From Botryllus schlosseri (taxonomy: Eukaryota): a DNA stretch of 64,000 nucleotides. The notes under the pieces are model-generated. The model searched no databases, was not told where the DNA came from, and worked only from the letters and a program-made list of their open reading frames with translations. Positions 1 through 12,100 of the stretch are shown in pieces (within the stretch, counting starts at the first letter, position 1; the number at the start of each line of letters is the position of its first letter). Both the position numbers and the translations under genes were made by a program. The DNA is taken from NCBI GenBank assembly GCA_051294905.1, contig CM119371.1, positions 8,062,001-8,126,000 on the forward strand, in the 5' to 3' direction.

Positions 1-1624
1 TGGTACATAAACTTGGCGATTTCTAGTTTCTGCATATCTTCTATGTTTAGGACACTGAATCTCTTCAGCAGCGACTAGTTGGATGGACAACCACGCCCTT
101 TTGAGGCCCTAGCTATGATACGGAGCACGATATGTTGTAATTTTTGCAGTGGGTTGAGTGCAGTGTTACTGGCAGCACCCGACAGAGGAACAGTAGAACC
201 CAGAAAACCGTCCTCTTGCGAATTGTCGGTAGATCAGTCAATTGAGATACAACAAATCCTGTTAAAGAATAATTAGTCTGTTTGTCGCAATTATCACGTC
301 TCAAGGATGTGTGCAACTGAAACCTGAAGCTTCACTAATGGAGAATATCCGCCATTCTCGACAGTTTCATTTCTCGAATTTGACTAATCGACTGTCATTT
401 GTAATCAGTCACTCATGTATTCATTGCTCTGATTGTGCCTATTACCAGTTATAAGAGATTCAAGTCCGATTGATCGCAATCAGTTCGATTATCCTGATCT
501 GGGTTACGGTGCATTATGTACGTAAACGAGTCAGTTCCCTACGCTTTCTATAGATTTGGCCCTCCATGTACAAATGTTCACAGGTAGGCCAATATATTTG
601 GCATTGTCTTGATGGCGCGAATATGACGAATTCTTGAGAGATCCATGCTCAAATCGCACTCCATCGGCCTAAAAACAAGTAGTGTTTCCGATTGATGTTT
701 CGCGGCGGTTTTCAACCTTTTCGACTCATCGCCCCCTGATGAAGCGCTAAATTAATTTTCACACCCAATACTTACGGATCTGGAAAAGAGGACATATAAA
801 CGGGAAATTTACTCACCAAACTCTGATCGCTGGTGGATTGAATAAAAATACAAACAATAAAAACATGTTTTAAATGTGGGCATTGTTTTAAACATGTTTA
901 TTTCAAATCGATTTTTTGTTTTAAACGCAACCCTAAGTACAATGCTTGCAAATGATGCAGATAGTGACGAACAAGGAGAACTATAATGGCCAAGACACCC
1001 GGGCTGTGGAAGATCGTTACCGAAGTTTTTCAAATGATAAATGTGAGGGTGGCTGATGACGGCTGTTGCTGTGTTGACCCAAGTCATATGCATCAAAGAA
1101 AATCATATGCTTTACATTTTTACAAATAGCTGCGTATTTTGATTTTTCGGAAAATAGAAATTCCTTGTAGATGCGATACACCGAAGTCAGATTTCAAGCG
1201 AGCGTGAAAAATACATCTATATTCACATGAAAATTTGTTGACCAGTCTTCATCTTCGTCGGCTATGTCTGTTGTTGATAGCTGATGATGGTTTCCGACTG
1301 CAACACGAATATTGGAGCTAGAATTTTGCTTAGCCGCAACAAAGCCATAGTGCAACAGTAGTATTAGTCCTGCCTCGGCTTGACCCTTGATATATATATT
1401 CTGCGTGGAACGCGGCCGTGATAAGCACTACACTACCTACCCTACGCTATTCCATTGAGATGATAGTTTTTGATGAATTGGCCAATTGACGTGTAACGCA
1501 CTCTCTGAATGCATGATGTCACGGGGTCAGATCTCAACAACTTTCAATACTATATCTCAATAATTGTAGGTTTGACAGTTATATTCGAGAAGTAGGGCAT
1601 GCCATCTCTAGCCGTGTTCGCGTC

Positions 1625-1698
1625 GGCCGGTTAGCTCAGTTGGTTAGAGCGTCGTGGTAATAATGCGAATGTCCCGAGGTCGATCCCGGCACAGGCCA
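1625..1698 (+). pseudogene. tRNA-Ile(AAT) pseudogene
   Basis: Aligns to the intact copy at 4096, but the B-box GGTTCGATC has become AGGTCGATC, the T-stem is disrupted, there is an acceptor-stem mismatch (ACAGGCC) and the anticodon loop is GTAATAA. Confidence 0.85.
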
Positions 1699-1705
1699 CA
1701 CCGTC

Positions 1706-1722
1706 GCCGCGATAGCTCAGTC

Positions 1723-1761
<39 letters not shown>

Positions 1762-1778
1762 AATCCCGGGTCGCGGCA
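1706..1778 (+). tRNA. tRNA-Phe(GAA)
   Basis: Complete cloverleaf GCCGCGA...TCGCGGCA, anticodon loop CTGAAGA, A and B boxes intact, TTTT at 1780-1783. Confidence 0.96.
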
Positions 1779-3240
1779 GTTTTGTAGTTTATAGAAGAAA
1801 CTTCATTTCACGACTTCACACAATGTCAAGATTTCTGTCCTAAGGACCAATGATTACAATTTTAGAAGTAGGCTATATTTATTGATTGCTTCATTTATTC
1901 GAAGCAATCCACGTACACGTTAATGATATAGAAATGGCACAGGACCTGAGCTCAACCAGTCACGTGATTCCTTTACACCCAATGGTTCGCCACCATTGTC
2001 TGTAGTCGATCGTGCAACATCGCTAGGTGTTTGGTGAGGCAGTTTGGAGATCTTTGAAGTCACAATCATCCCACTCATGAGAACACGTGCTTGATTAAGT
2101 GCTAGCGATCACACAATGGCTCGTGACCAATGTTCCTATAAGTTGCGCAATTGCGCGATTGCGCAATGCTGACGCGGTCACTGCGCAAAGAAAATATAAG
2201 CTGAGCACAAAAAATCGTAAGCTAAGACTTTTTTTAGTCGTTAGGCACTGTTGTCCAAGGGACCGCGTAGTGAGTATAAGTGAGTATGGGAAGACTCATC
2301 AACAATTAGAGGGAACATTACTTTTGATCCCAATAAATTACCATGCGACTCGACAAGGGACTGGCGAACGATTCGAATTAGCAAAAGTGCGACTCGTACT
2401 CGCAAGTCCATGTAAGCATGCATCGCAGTCTTCGCTAAATTCAGACTGGCCTTATGATACTACTATCAAAAATAACAATACCAATTTATAGTCGATAGGC
2501 CTACACTTTATCTTCGACTCTGACTACATAAATTTCGAATATACTGAAATTTCCAACCCCGAAAACTTCAAACGCATCGAGACTTGGCGTTTTTTAGCAA
2601 AGACACCGTATAAGTAGCTCATGATACTAGATGGATTACCTTAGAAACGGTGTGGCGGGGAGACTCGAACCAGAAACCGTTAGTGCCACAGTGGGGGCGT
2701 GAAGAGGCGGCTCGTTTGAACTTCATTGGAATATTTGAATTACTGTAATGTATCAAAAGGCTCCAGAGAGAACAGTACTCTTGTTAATTGTCGATAGATC
2801 AGGCAATTCGTATGCAACGAATCACGTTAAAGATCAATTAGTGTGTGTGTCGCGATTATCACGCCACAAGGATGTGTGCACCTGAAACCTGAAGCCTCAC
2901 TAATGAAGAATTTCCGCTATTTTCGATATGTTCCTTTCTCGACTTCCACGAATCGACCTTGTCACTCTCTCTCATACATCCCTTGCTCTGATTGTGCCTG
3001 TTGCCAGTTATAAGATATTTAAAGTGCGATTGATCTCAACCGTTTCGATTATCACGATCTTGATTACGGTGGTAAATGGATCAGCTCCCTGCACTGTCGG
3101 TTGATGTTGTACTCACGGTGCAAATGTGCATACTTTAAATAGGTATTTATTTGGTGGTAAGACAATAACACAGCACTGTGACAAGACGACGAATTCTTGA
3201 GTGATCCCCTGCTCACATCGTATTCCATAGGCCTAAATAC

Positions 3241-3942
3241 CAGTGCTGGGATGACTGGAGTCACCATTTTCGTGTGACTGGACTTGACTCTAGTCACTTT
3301 GCTAAAATGACTTGACTTAACTTGAATCGGCGTATCAGAAATGCGAATTGACTCGTGACTCGGAGCAAAATTCACGAGTCAATTTCAAGTCATCGTGTGG
3401 TTGGTGTCGATAAAACTCACTGTATCTTGCATGATGCATATGTTCGGATAGTTGGCGAAATGAATTGTATCATATCAATATGTAAATGGCTTAATGTATT
3501 GCATCTTTTCAATCCGTTTCTCCATTTTCCATTCTCTATTTGGGCTGGTACCTATAAACTGAGGCTATGGAATTACTTACGTAGTTCAACAGTTCTATGT
3601 ATATGTGGACGACACAGCACCTTCTTGCATGTATATTTAACTCTATATTCGTTCATCGTTTCAGAATCAATGACCACTCAATCTGTATTTCAGACCGCTA
3701 GCAAAATGCAATGACGTAAGCATACTTCTTACTTCGAAAAGGCAGCTTGGCTTGAATTGTGACTTGACTCGTGACTTGACTTGACTTCACTTGACTTGAC
3801 TCGAGTCACCTCCGAAAATCCAGTGACTTGACTTGACTCGAGTCACCTTTGAAAATCAAGTGACATGACTTGACTCGAGTCAAAATGTGCAATGACTTGA
3901 AATAACTTGTGACTCGAAGGTAGTGACTTGATTCCAACACTG
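3241..3942. mobile_element. hAT-like MITE (GACTT/GACTCGAGTC-rich family A)
   Basis: Termini CAGTGCTGG...CCAACACTG; 8-bp TSD ctaaatac/ttaaatac; empty site visible in unit 1 at ~667 (gcctaaaaacaagtagtgtttc). Confidence 0.9.
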
Positions 3943-4095
3943 TTAAATACAAGTAGTGTTTCAAATTGATGAAAAATATCTTCGATTTGTCGACAACAAC
4001 AACATGAATGATGCTCATTGCTCACGAACAGTCTTTACTAAGGTTTTCAACGTCTGACATGGAACGAGACCTACAAATTTAATCGAATGATCGTC

Positions 4096-4169
4096 GGCCG
4101 GTTAGCTCAGTTGGTTAGAGCGTCGTGCTAATAACGCGAATGTCGCGGGTTCGATCCCCGTACTGGCCA
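4096..4169 (+). tRNA. tRNA-Ile(AAT)
   Basis: Complete cloverleaf GGCCGGT...ACTGGCCA, anticodon loop CTAATAA, GGTTCGATC B-box. Confidence 0.96.
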
Positions 4170-4176
4170 CACCGTC

Positions 4177-4232
<56 letters not shown>

Positions 4233-4249
4233 AATCCCGGGTCGCGGCA
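4177..4249 (+). tRNA. tRNA-Phe(GAA)
   Basis: Complete cloverleaf with one D-loop difference from the 1706 copy; begins 7 nt after tRNA-Ile; TTTT at 4251-4254. Confidence 0.96.
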
Positions 4250-4820
4250 ATTTTGTAGTTTGGTGAAGGGACGGCTTTGCACAATGGCAAAATTTCCGTT
4301 CAAAGGACCAGTAGATCTCAATGATTACAATTGTAAAGGTATATTTAATTATTGCTTCGTTTACACTTTAATGATATATAGAACAGGCGCAGGACCTGAG
4401 CTTAATCAACCACACTCACAGGATTCCTTTACATCCTATATGGTCCGCCACCATTGTCCGTAGTTGATCGTGTTACATCATTTAGATTTCGGTAGGGCAA
4501 TTTGGAGGCCTTGGAAGTCGCGATCAGCCCACTTATGGAAAGATGTGCTTGATTATTATCATTGACTGCTCGCGATCACATAATGGCTTGTGACCCGAAT
4601 AAAATACTATTCGTCTCGACAAGGGTCTGGCGAACGATTCGAAATAGCAAGAGTGCGACTCCAACTAGCGATTCCATAATTCAAGATAGCGTCTCCGGTA
4701 TTCTCCGCAAAATTCAGACTGGCCTTCTGATACTATTATCAAAAATACCAAACCTCTTTGGGGTCGATAGGCCTACACATTACCAGTGACTCTGACTCCA
4801 GACATTTTGAATATACTGAC

Positions 4821-5271
4821 CAGGGTTGTAATGACTCGAGTAACGATTTTCTGATGACTCGACTTGACTCGAGACTCAGACGGCCAATACCGACATTTCA
4901 TTGAAATTTAGAAGAACAGTAAAGTAACCACCCTATTGGGATTTCGGCTGTTGGTACGTTTAAAATGCGACCGGAAACTGTTAAAAGTGAGGAAAATTAA
5001 TATATTATAAATGCGAACAATTCGATATCACCAAATAGAGTTATAAAAGTGGGTTTAACAAGACTTTCACTGAAAACTGAGTAGTCAACACAATGACTTG
5101 GACTCGGACTCGAGTCATAATGCTCTGACTCGGACTCGAACCTCTGCTCGATGACTTGGACTCGGACTTGACTCGGTGGTGAAATGAAAAGGACTAGACT
5201 TGACTCGAGTCAAAACTATAAAAGTGAGATCGACTTGTATCTCGGCGCTTTGTGACCTGATTACAACCCTG
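4821..5271. mobile_element. hAT-like MITE (family B, CAGGGTTGTAA TIR)
   Basis: CAGGGTTGTAA...TTACAACCCTG; TSD atactgac/ctactgac; same family as 56136-56722. Confidence 0.9.
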
Positions 5272-6696
5272 CTACTGACAGCAATTTCTAAACCCGAAAA
5301 CTTCAAACGCATCGAGACTTGACATTTATTAGCAAAGAGAACGTATCAGTAGCTCAGGAGTAAGATAGATTAACTTAGAAACGCGGTGGTGGCGAGGCGA
5401 AACTCGAACTAGTAACCGTTTGTATCACAGTGGTGGCGTGGAGAAGTGGCTTGAAATTCATTGAAATATTTGAATGACTGTAATGTCTCAAGAGGCCCCA
5501 AAAAGAACCGTGCTTTGGCGAATCGTCGATAGATCAGCCAATTCGGATGCAACGAATCTCGTTCATGATTAAGTCTTATGTTTGTCGCGATTATCACGCC
5601 ACAAGGATGTTTGCACCTGAAACCTGGAGCCTTACTAATGAAGAATTTCCGCCATTTTCGACATGTTTTGTTTCTCAACTATCACCAATAGACCTATCGT
5701 CACTCTCATGCATCCTACGCTCTGATTGTGCCTGTTATCAGTTATATAAGATATTCCAAGTGCGATTGATCGCAACCGTTTCGATTCAATCAATCAATCA
5801 GGTTTATTAACATTTTCATCGTTTCCAAACATCACAAGACTGCGATACAATCAGGGCCGTAACAGCACTTCGTCAGCCCCCCCCCCCAAAAAAAACTTTG
5901 GTCTTCGGCCCCCCCCCATAGGGTTATAGACCTAACTTCTGGGGGGCTTCGCCCCCAAGACACCCCTCCGGCGAAACACTGTTTACCGCTATTTATCATA
6001 TCCATTGGGAGTTTGTTTAGTGAATCAGACTTTGTCGCCTAAGCGCGCGAAGCGCGTAAAAATTTCTAGAATTCATGATTGAATCGGTCAGTATGATCGG
6101 GAATTGCCTATATTGTTATCAATTTTTATCTTCTCTCTGCTCACGTAATCAGATTTGCCGGTAGAGCTGAGTGAGGAGTGTTTGAAAAGGTAGGACCACT
6201 CCATTAATAATTAAACATCGTCAGGCGTATACCCGTTGGCAGGAACGAAACATCACCTCGTCAGGCCCCGTAAAACGTGGGTCTTGGGCTCCCATAGGGT
6301 GATAAAACGACCCCCCACCCCATCACGTTGTTCGCGTTTGTCACGAAATCATCTGTACTGTATTGTGGGCCAGCGCGAAGCGCGAAAAGTCTCGATAATT
6401 TATGATAAAATCGGTCAATCAGATCGGCGATTGCATATATAATATGCTATCAATTTATTTTCATCTCTACTCACGTAATTAGATTTACCGGTAGAGCTGA
6501 GTGAAGTGTCTTGAAAACGGGATGGCCCGTAAATAATAATTAAACATCATCTGGCGGGCTGACTTCTTGATATGACTTCGTTACATGATGTTATTTCGCG
6601 ACTTCCAGTCTGCTATATCAAAACATATATAATCGCCCAAACGTAGGCTTCTAAACTAAGAGACGCACACGATTTCAAATTGATATCATATTGATA

Positions 6697-7437
6697 TTGC
6701 ATATGTTCGGATTGTTCGCGAAACGCTGGTGTAACCCGTGATTCCATTCAATGATCGTGCGTTTTACTGAGCCTCCATTGTTCTCTCACAAATAAATTGA
6801 CCACATACGAAGTGATGGAAGCTTACAGCTTACGTTGTCGTAAACTAGTAGTACAGTAATATAATAGAAAATTATCTACCATAACCAAACCTCTTGTTTT
6901 GTTGATTTTGAATTCGAATATGGTTTGTATACACCTCAAGCATTGGCGCAGGCTCGAATTGTATCATATAAATGTGTATAAATGGGTAAAGGGTAATGTA
7001 TTGCATGTTATCAATTCGTTTTTCTATTCCCCATTTTGGTTGGTAACTATAAACTGAGGCTACGTATATGTGAGCGATACAGCGCCTTCTTGGGTGTATA
7101 TTTAATTCTATATTCGTTCATCGGTTCAAAATCAATGACCACTCAATCTGTATTTCAGAAAGCTAGTAAAATGTAATGACGTAATCAAGCCTCATACTAC
7201 GAAAAGGCCACATGACTTGAATTTTGACTTGACTCGTGACTTGACTTGACTTGACTTGACTTGACTTGACTTGACTTGACTCGACTTGACTCGAGTCACC
7301 TCCAAAAATGGAGTGACTTGACTTGACTTGACTCGAGTCATCTTCGAAAAACGATTGACTTGACTTGACTCGAGTCAAAATGTGCAATGAATCGAAATGA
7401 CTCGTGACTCGAAGGTAGTGACTTGATCACAACACTG
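6697..7437. mobile_element. One-ended copy of MITE family A with expanded (GACTT)n
   Basis: Homologous to 3241-3942 and (inverted) to 25895-26863; ends CAACACTG directly upstream of the tRNA-Phe relic; left TIR not found, so the start is approximate. Confidence 0.75.
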
Positions 7438-7444
7438 CATCGTC

Positions 7445-7501
7445 GCCACGATAGCTCGGTCGGGGGAGCGCCAGTCCAAAGATATGAAGGTCGCAATCGC
7501 A
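7445..7501 (+). pseudogene. tRNA-Phe pseudogene (T-arm deleted)
   Basis: GCCACGATAGCTCGGTCGGGGGAGCGCCAGTCCAAAGATATGAAGGTC aligns to tRNA-Phe; same CGTC leader and downstream flank as units 1 and 2. Confidence 0.8.
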
Positions 7502-9125
7502 GAATTTTGTAGTTTTGAGAATTAACTTTATTTCACGCCCTTGCACAATGTCATAGTTTCTGTTCTAAGGATCAATAGATCTCGACGATTACAATTGTGA
7601 GAGCATATCCATTCCTTGTTTTACTTATTCTAAGCAATTCACGTATATTTGAATGATATATAGAACATGAACAGCACGTGATATCACTCACTCAAAGGCG
7701 TCCTTGACTTAATGTTATGGTTCGCCACTATTGTTTGTAGTTGATTGACGTACATCACCTGCGATTCTGTGAAGCAGTTTGGAGGTCTTACATGTCAGGA
7801 TCACTCCAGTCTTGAAAAGATCTGATTGATAATCATTGACCGCACAATGCACATGATCACACAATGACTGGGGAGTGGTGAGTCGAATAAAGTACTATAC
7901 GAATAGATTCGCGACTGGCTATCGATTCGAAATCATAGAAGTGTGACCGCGATTTTCGACTACATGTAATTTCAGATAGCGTCCCCGCCAAATTCGCGAC
8001 TGTGATGCAGGCTTCAGTTAAGTTAGAAATAGTGACTTCTGTTTCTTCTTATGACAAATATACGCGGACGCAATTACGATTCCAGAGCTTAAATATATTG
8101 TCTTCGAGATTTTCCAGTTGGCTCATGATAGAATTTCGACGGATGACGTCAGCGTATATTGATGAGACAATTTTCAGAATAAATGATTATTTTCTCAGAC
8201 ATGAATCTATTCTCGATATTTGCTATTCCTCCCAAATATATTTTATTGAAAGATACTGGTGAAGTTTTTCGCAGTCTTGGATTCTGTGTAACAGCACAAG
8301 GGTATTCGATAGTATAAGATAACGATGGGACTGCTGAGGAAAGAACCCAGGCTTCGGTCACGATGAAAATGTGGATATTACATGAATTTTGTCCAAATTA
8401 AATTTGCAACGATGTTTGAGGGATATATAGACAAATATATAACTTTATATTGCTACGGGAACTACTACACCATTTATTGCTATACCGTTTCGCCAATTTT
8501 CATCCGCGATCCCATAGGTTCTCAACTTCATCGACCACTGAGTGTTCCTGTTCCATTGAATTCTAATCGCCCAAAGGGGGCGCTGGCGACAAGCTTAAGG
8601 CCCTCTGACACGGACATTCGAGACAATTATAGTCCTTTTAAGGCAGAGTCGATATCGCCTATAATATTGGTAGTAATAAGCGGTGTTATTACTTTTATCC
8701 GCTCAAAACATACCAAGTGCTTTTCGTTCACTTCACTCTCCCCGACATTGGTGGCATCTCATATTTGTCAAAACTTGGTGATGTCTTGGAGATGTAAGCG
8801 TAGCTGTGGATCTTGATACATCAGTTTGACATATATTTCGACGGTGACCGGCCGAGTCCGATATAATTCAGTAGCGCCAGTGACGAGAGACAACTGCCCA
8901 ACGCAGTAATCAGTGGTTAATTGCACGCCGTTTCGTGATTACCTTTATCCGATCGATTGTCTATTTATTCCTATGCATGCCAAGCAAGTCATAAAGATTT
9001 GCAGGGTCGTTTAAGGTAGGTTGGTGCGGCGGCTGTTGTTGTTCGTTGAGACTAGTCACATCTTAGCGTATTCTTGCAGTTTTATTACGTTAATTCTGTT
9101 CTACATTACGACTGAAGCAAAAGAG

Positions 9126-12100
9126 ATGTCAAACAGCCCCAAGAAGCAATCTGATTGCGAGCTTGTTCACGACACTACGGGACAAGGCTCCCCTGAGCCT
9201 GGTATCGATTCTACAGGCGCCGATGACGGTAAGGTTACTGACAGATTATAGATATGTAAGAATATTGATTAATGATGCTGTAGGCCTATTTGAACGTGGA
9301 CTTCTTGTTCAACTTTTTATGATGATATGATATATCATGGCCCTGGATGGCCAAAAATTTTCAATGCGATGTTTTTCAATTTATTCTTCGTTGCCAATAT
9401 CGTGCACTAATGCAGCGTCACCTTGTGATAGCCTACATTGAAATGTCCGGTCTTTCGTTTCCAAAACTCAAATCGATTGAATATACGCGTTCGCGAGTTC
9501 CTCGACTAGTGTTACTCAACGTCGGAATAAATTACTAACACCGACTTATTGTGCTCTGACTCCCGAAAGTAGGCTATATCGGCCGTTCAATTATAGTTAC
9601 ATAACGATGAGATTAATGCGCTGCGTGTTGTTCGACCACCGTCATCTCGTGTGTCACCATTGAAAAATCATACAGAAGATTACAGTGTATTTTGGCTCAT
9701 GATAATAGGGTTACTTGATAATTGTCGACACTCATTTCCGTGACTCCTTTATGTTCTCGGCCCGTGCTTTAGTGCTAGTCTATGAGGTGACGCATGGACT
9801 ATTTTCAGACCGGAAAATGGGCCACACCAAGACGAGATGACCCACTGACTTAGATTAATCGAGATTGGATATTCACGTCTTGTAAAGCATATATTTTGTG
9901 GGGGATGCTTTCGCAAGATTGAACTCGTTCGTTGTACCAACTAGTTACGTAGTAGGTGCCAACAGAGAATCGTATCATTTCCAAATCTGCGATGAAAACT
10001 TGATTCAGCCGTTTATCAATTCTTGGTATACTCTTGCACCACTGAGTGCTATTCTCTCAACTATGCTGGCATTTCACTAAAGGGGGATTTCAAATGCTTC
10101 GGTTGGTTGTGATGTGAATCTCGAAAAATTAGATTAGTTATCGATTACCACGCAAACACGGTGTGCTCATTGCCGTGTTGCACATGGAAGTCGGCCAAAT
10201 ATCCGTCTTGTCGCTTTCGTGGCAGAGTACGCTAAGTTGCCATCCCTTGAATAATCATGTTTCCGCAATGGGTAATTTTCACTATTTTCAAGAGAATGTA
10301 TCGCATGAGCAGCTGAAAGGCGAATCCGACGCGGAAGTCGTTCGTCTACCCGTAAAAAATTTGATGGATCTCGGATCCGGGCCGCCGGACGCGGTTTGCG
10401 AAGTACCGATTGCACCAGATGAGGCAGGTAATGCCAGAAGAGATCCCTTATGAAGTACCGCTACTTTATTAGAGTACTGGAGCAGGTTATTAAGAGTACT
10501 GGAGCATGTTTTGCATACTTGCAGTACTTCAGTGATTATAGTTGGAAAAAAGGGTTTGGATTATACGACTTCACTCCTGTATACTATGAATTAGTTCAAC
10601 GATTGGTTCGCATCGCTTCTGTGAATGAGGGAAATTACCATATCTACAGTACAAAATAACATGGTAACAGAATCAGACATGGGATAATCGCGATTAGTAA
10701 TTGTAATCGATGAAGACGATTACAGCATTTTCAAGTAATCGTAATCGATTACATTCGAAAAAATACCGAAGTAATCGTAATCGACTACTTCCCATATCTA
10801 ATCAATTTCTCTGTTGAAGAACGATTACTTTTGATTTTTACAAGGACTATGACATAAACTAAACAATTAACATTCATGAACAAGGAGTTTGGTGATATCA
10901 CAAACGTCTGATTTTCAAACGCCATTGCTCATTATTACGTCAGAGGTAGCCTATTAGCTTTGCTCGTCATTGCGTAAGAAGTATCCACAGTTAATAGATA
11001 TTCGAAGTACGAATGTACGTGTACCGGTGTACGTACATAAGTGTGATTGTAAGAACACCCGCCGTGATGTTTATCAGGTTATCAACACGTTTCACACACC
11101 ACTACCTCGCAACAGGATAATTAATCACTACTCTGCCTAGTTTAAAATAGTAACCTGCGTATTGATGTTTGGTTATGCATAGTTGAACGCAGTTTGACCG
11201 CTGCTGCTTGACGAGCAGTATGCCTATGTAGTACGTACGTACACGGGACAAAGACTTGAAATTTTGTACTCGTCAAGTAAATCATAACGGTTTTCACAAC
11301 GAAGCATTAAAAATCAACAGCTGCTAATATATATCATAACCGAGCCGGTATTTTTCGTTTCTCGTAACGGCACCTTGCAGTACATCATCTGCAACAAGTT
11401 GAAGACAGAATTTTATGTTCTTTGCACCTTATTCTCGTATGAATCTACTTGAAACGGGCGCCAATCGTCATTTCACAATTCTTACTCGACATTGGGTCCC
11501 GCCGCCATAGCCATGGTCCTATATACCATGTTAGCGTGGGTTGTAGCTAGAATCAGTACCAAAACAGCAATTCATCCCCCAGTCCAAACGTTGGTCTTTG
11601 GCCCCCACAGGGTGGTATTTTAAAGTTGAAGACTGAATTTCGGTAATAATATTGGTAATTGCATTATATTACTATTATTTTTTAATCATCTCTCAAGCAC
11701 CCGATGGTGAGATTTACCTGTAGAGCTGGGGGCACATAATTCGTAATTATAATGTAGGGTATCTTGTTATAATTACTTAATGTATGTTGTTAATTCGTGA
11801 CCTCCGGTCTGTTATGAAATCAAAAGATATTGTTGTATTCCGAACCGACAGACTGAAAGAAAAACTTTTGTGAGACGCACACACAAATTGTCACGTCTTT
11901 AATGCTCTGTGCGTGCCCGGGTGGCATCGGCATCGTGGGCTCAGATTGGAAGGATCGGACTATTAGTCACGCCCACCCAGACAATGGATACATACCCCAA
12001 GTTTCGGCCTAGTTCTTTCTTCAGTAGCACACTTCGTTAAGTCGCGTGTTGATCAAAACTGCGTATGTCTTTTGGTGTGTCGTGGCACGATATTGACTGG

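Larger units (their letters stand above)
1..8000. repeat. Diverged tandem triplication (core unit ~2.5-2.7 kb plus copy-specific insertions) carrying tRNA genes
   Basis: Homologous anchors recur: 'tgtcgcRattatcacgYcWcaaggatgt..gcaMctgaaacctg' at ~283, ~2848 and ~5583; post-tRNA 'cacaatg..aaggaYca..gattacaa' at ~1818, ~4280 and ~7545. Boundaries approximate. Confidence 0.9.

Noticed and set aside
2650..2714. Minus-strand GGTTCGAGTC B-box-like motif
   Set aside because: No cloverleaf or A-box could be built; at most an ancient relic.
3064..7387. ORFs with RVKSS/QVKSS repeats (also 25897, 55943, 56477)
   Set aside because: They are translations of the GACTT/GACTCGAGTC subterminal repeats of MITEs, not genes.
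8382..8816. 144-aa ORF upstream of paralog A
   Set aside because: The copy-2 homolog is frameshifted (23010-23291 and 23218-23439) and there is no recognisable domain.
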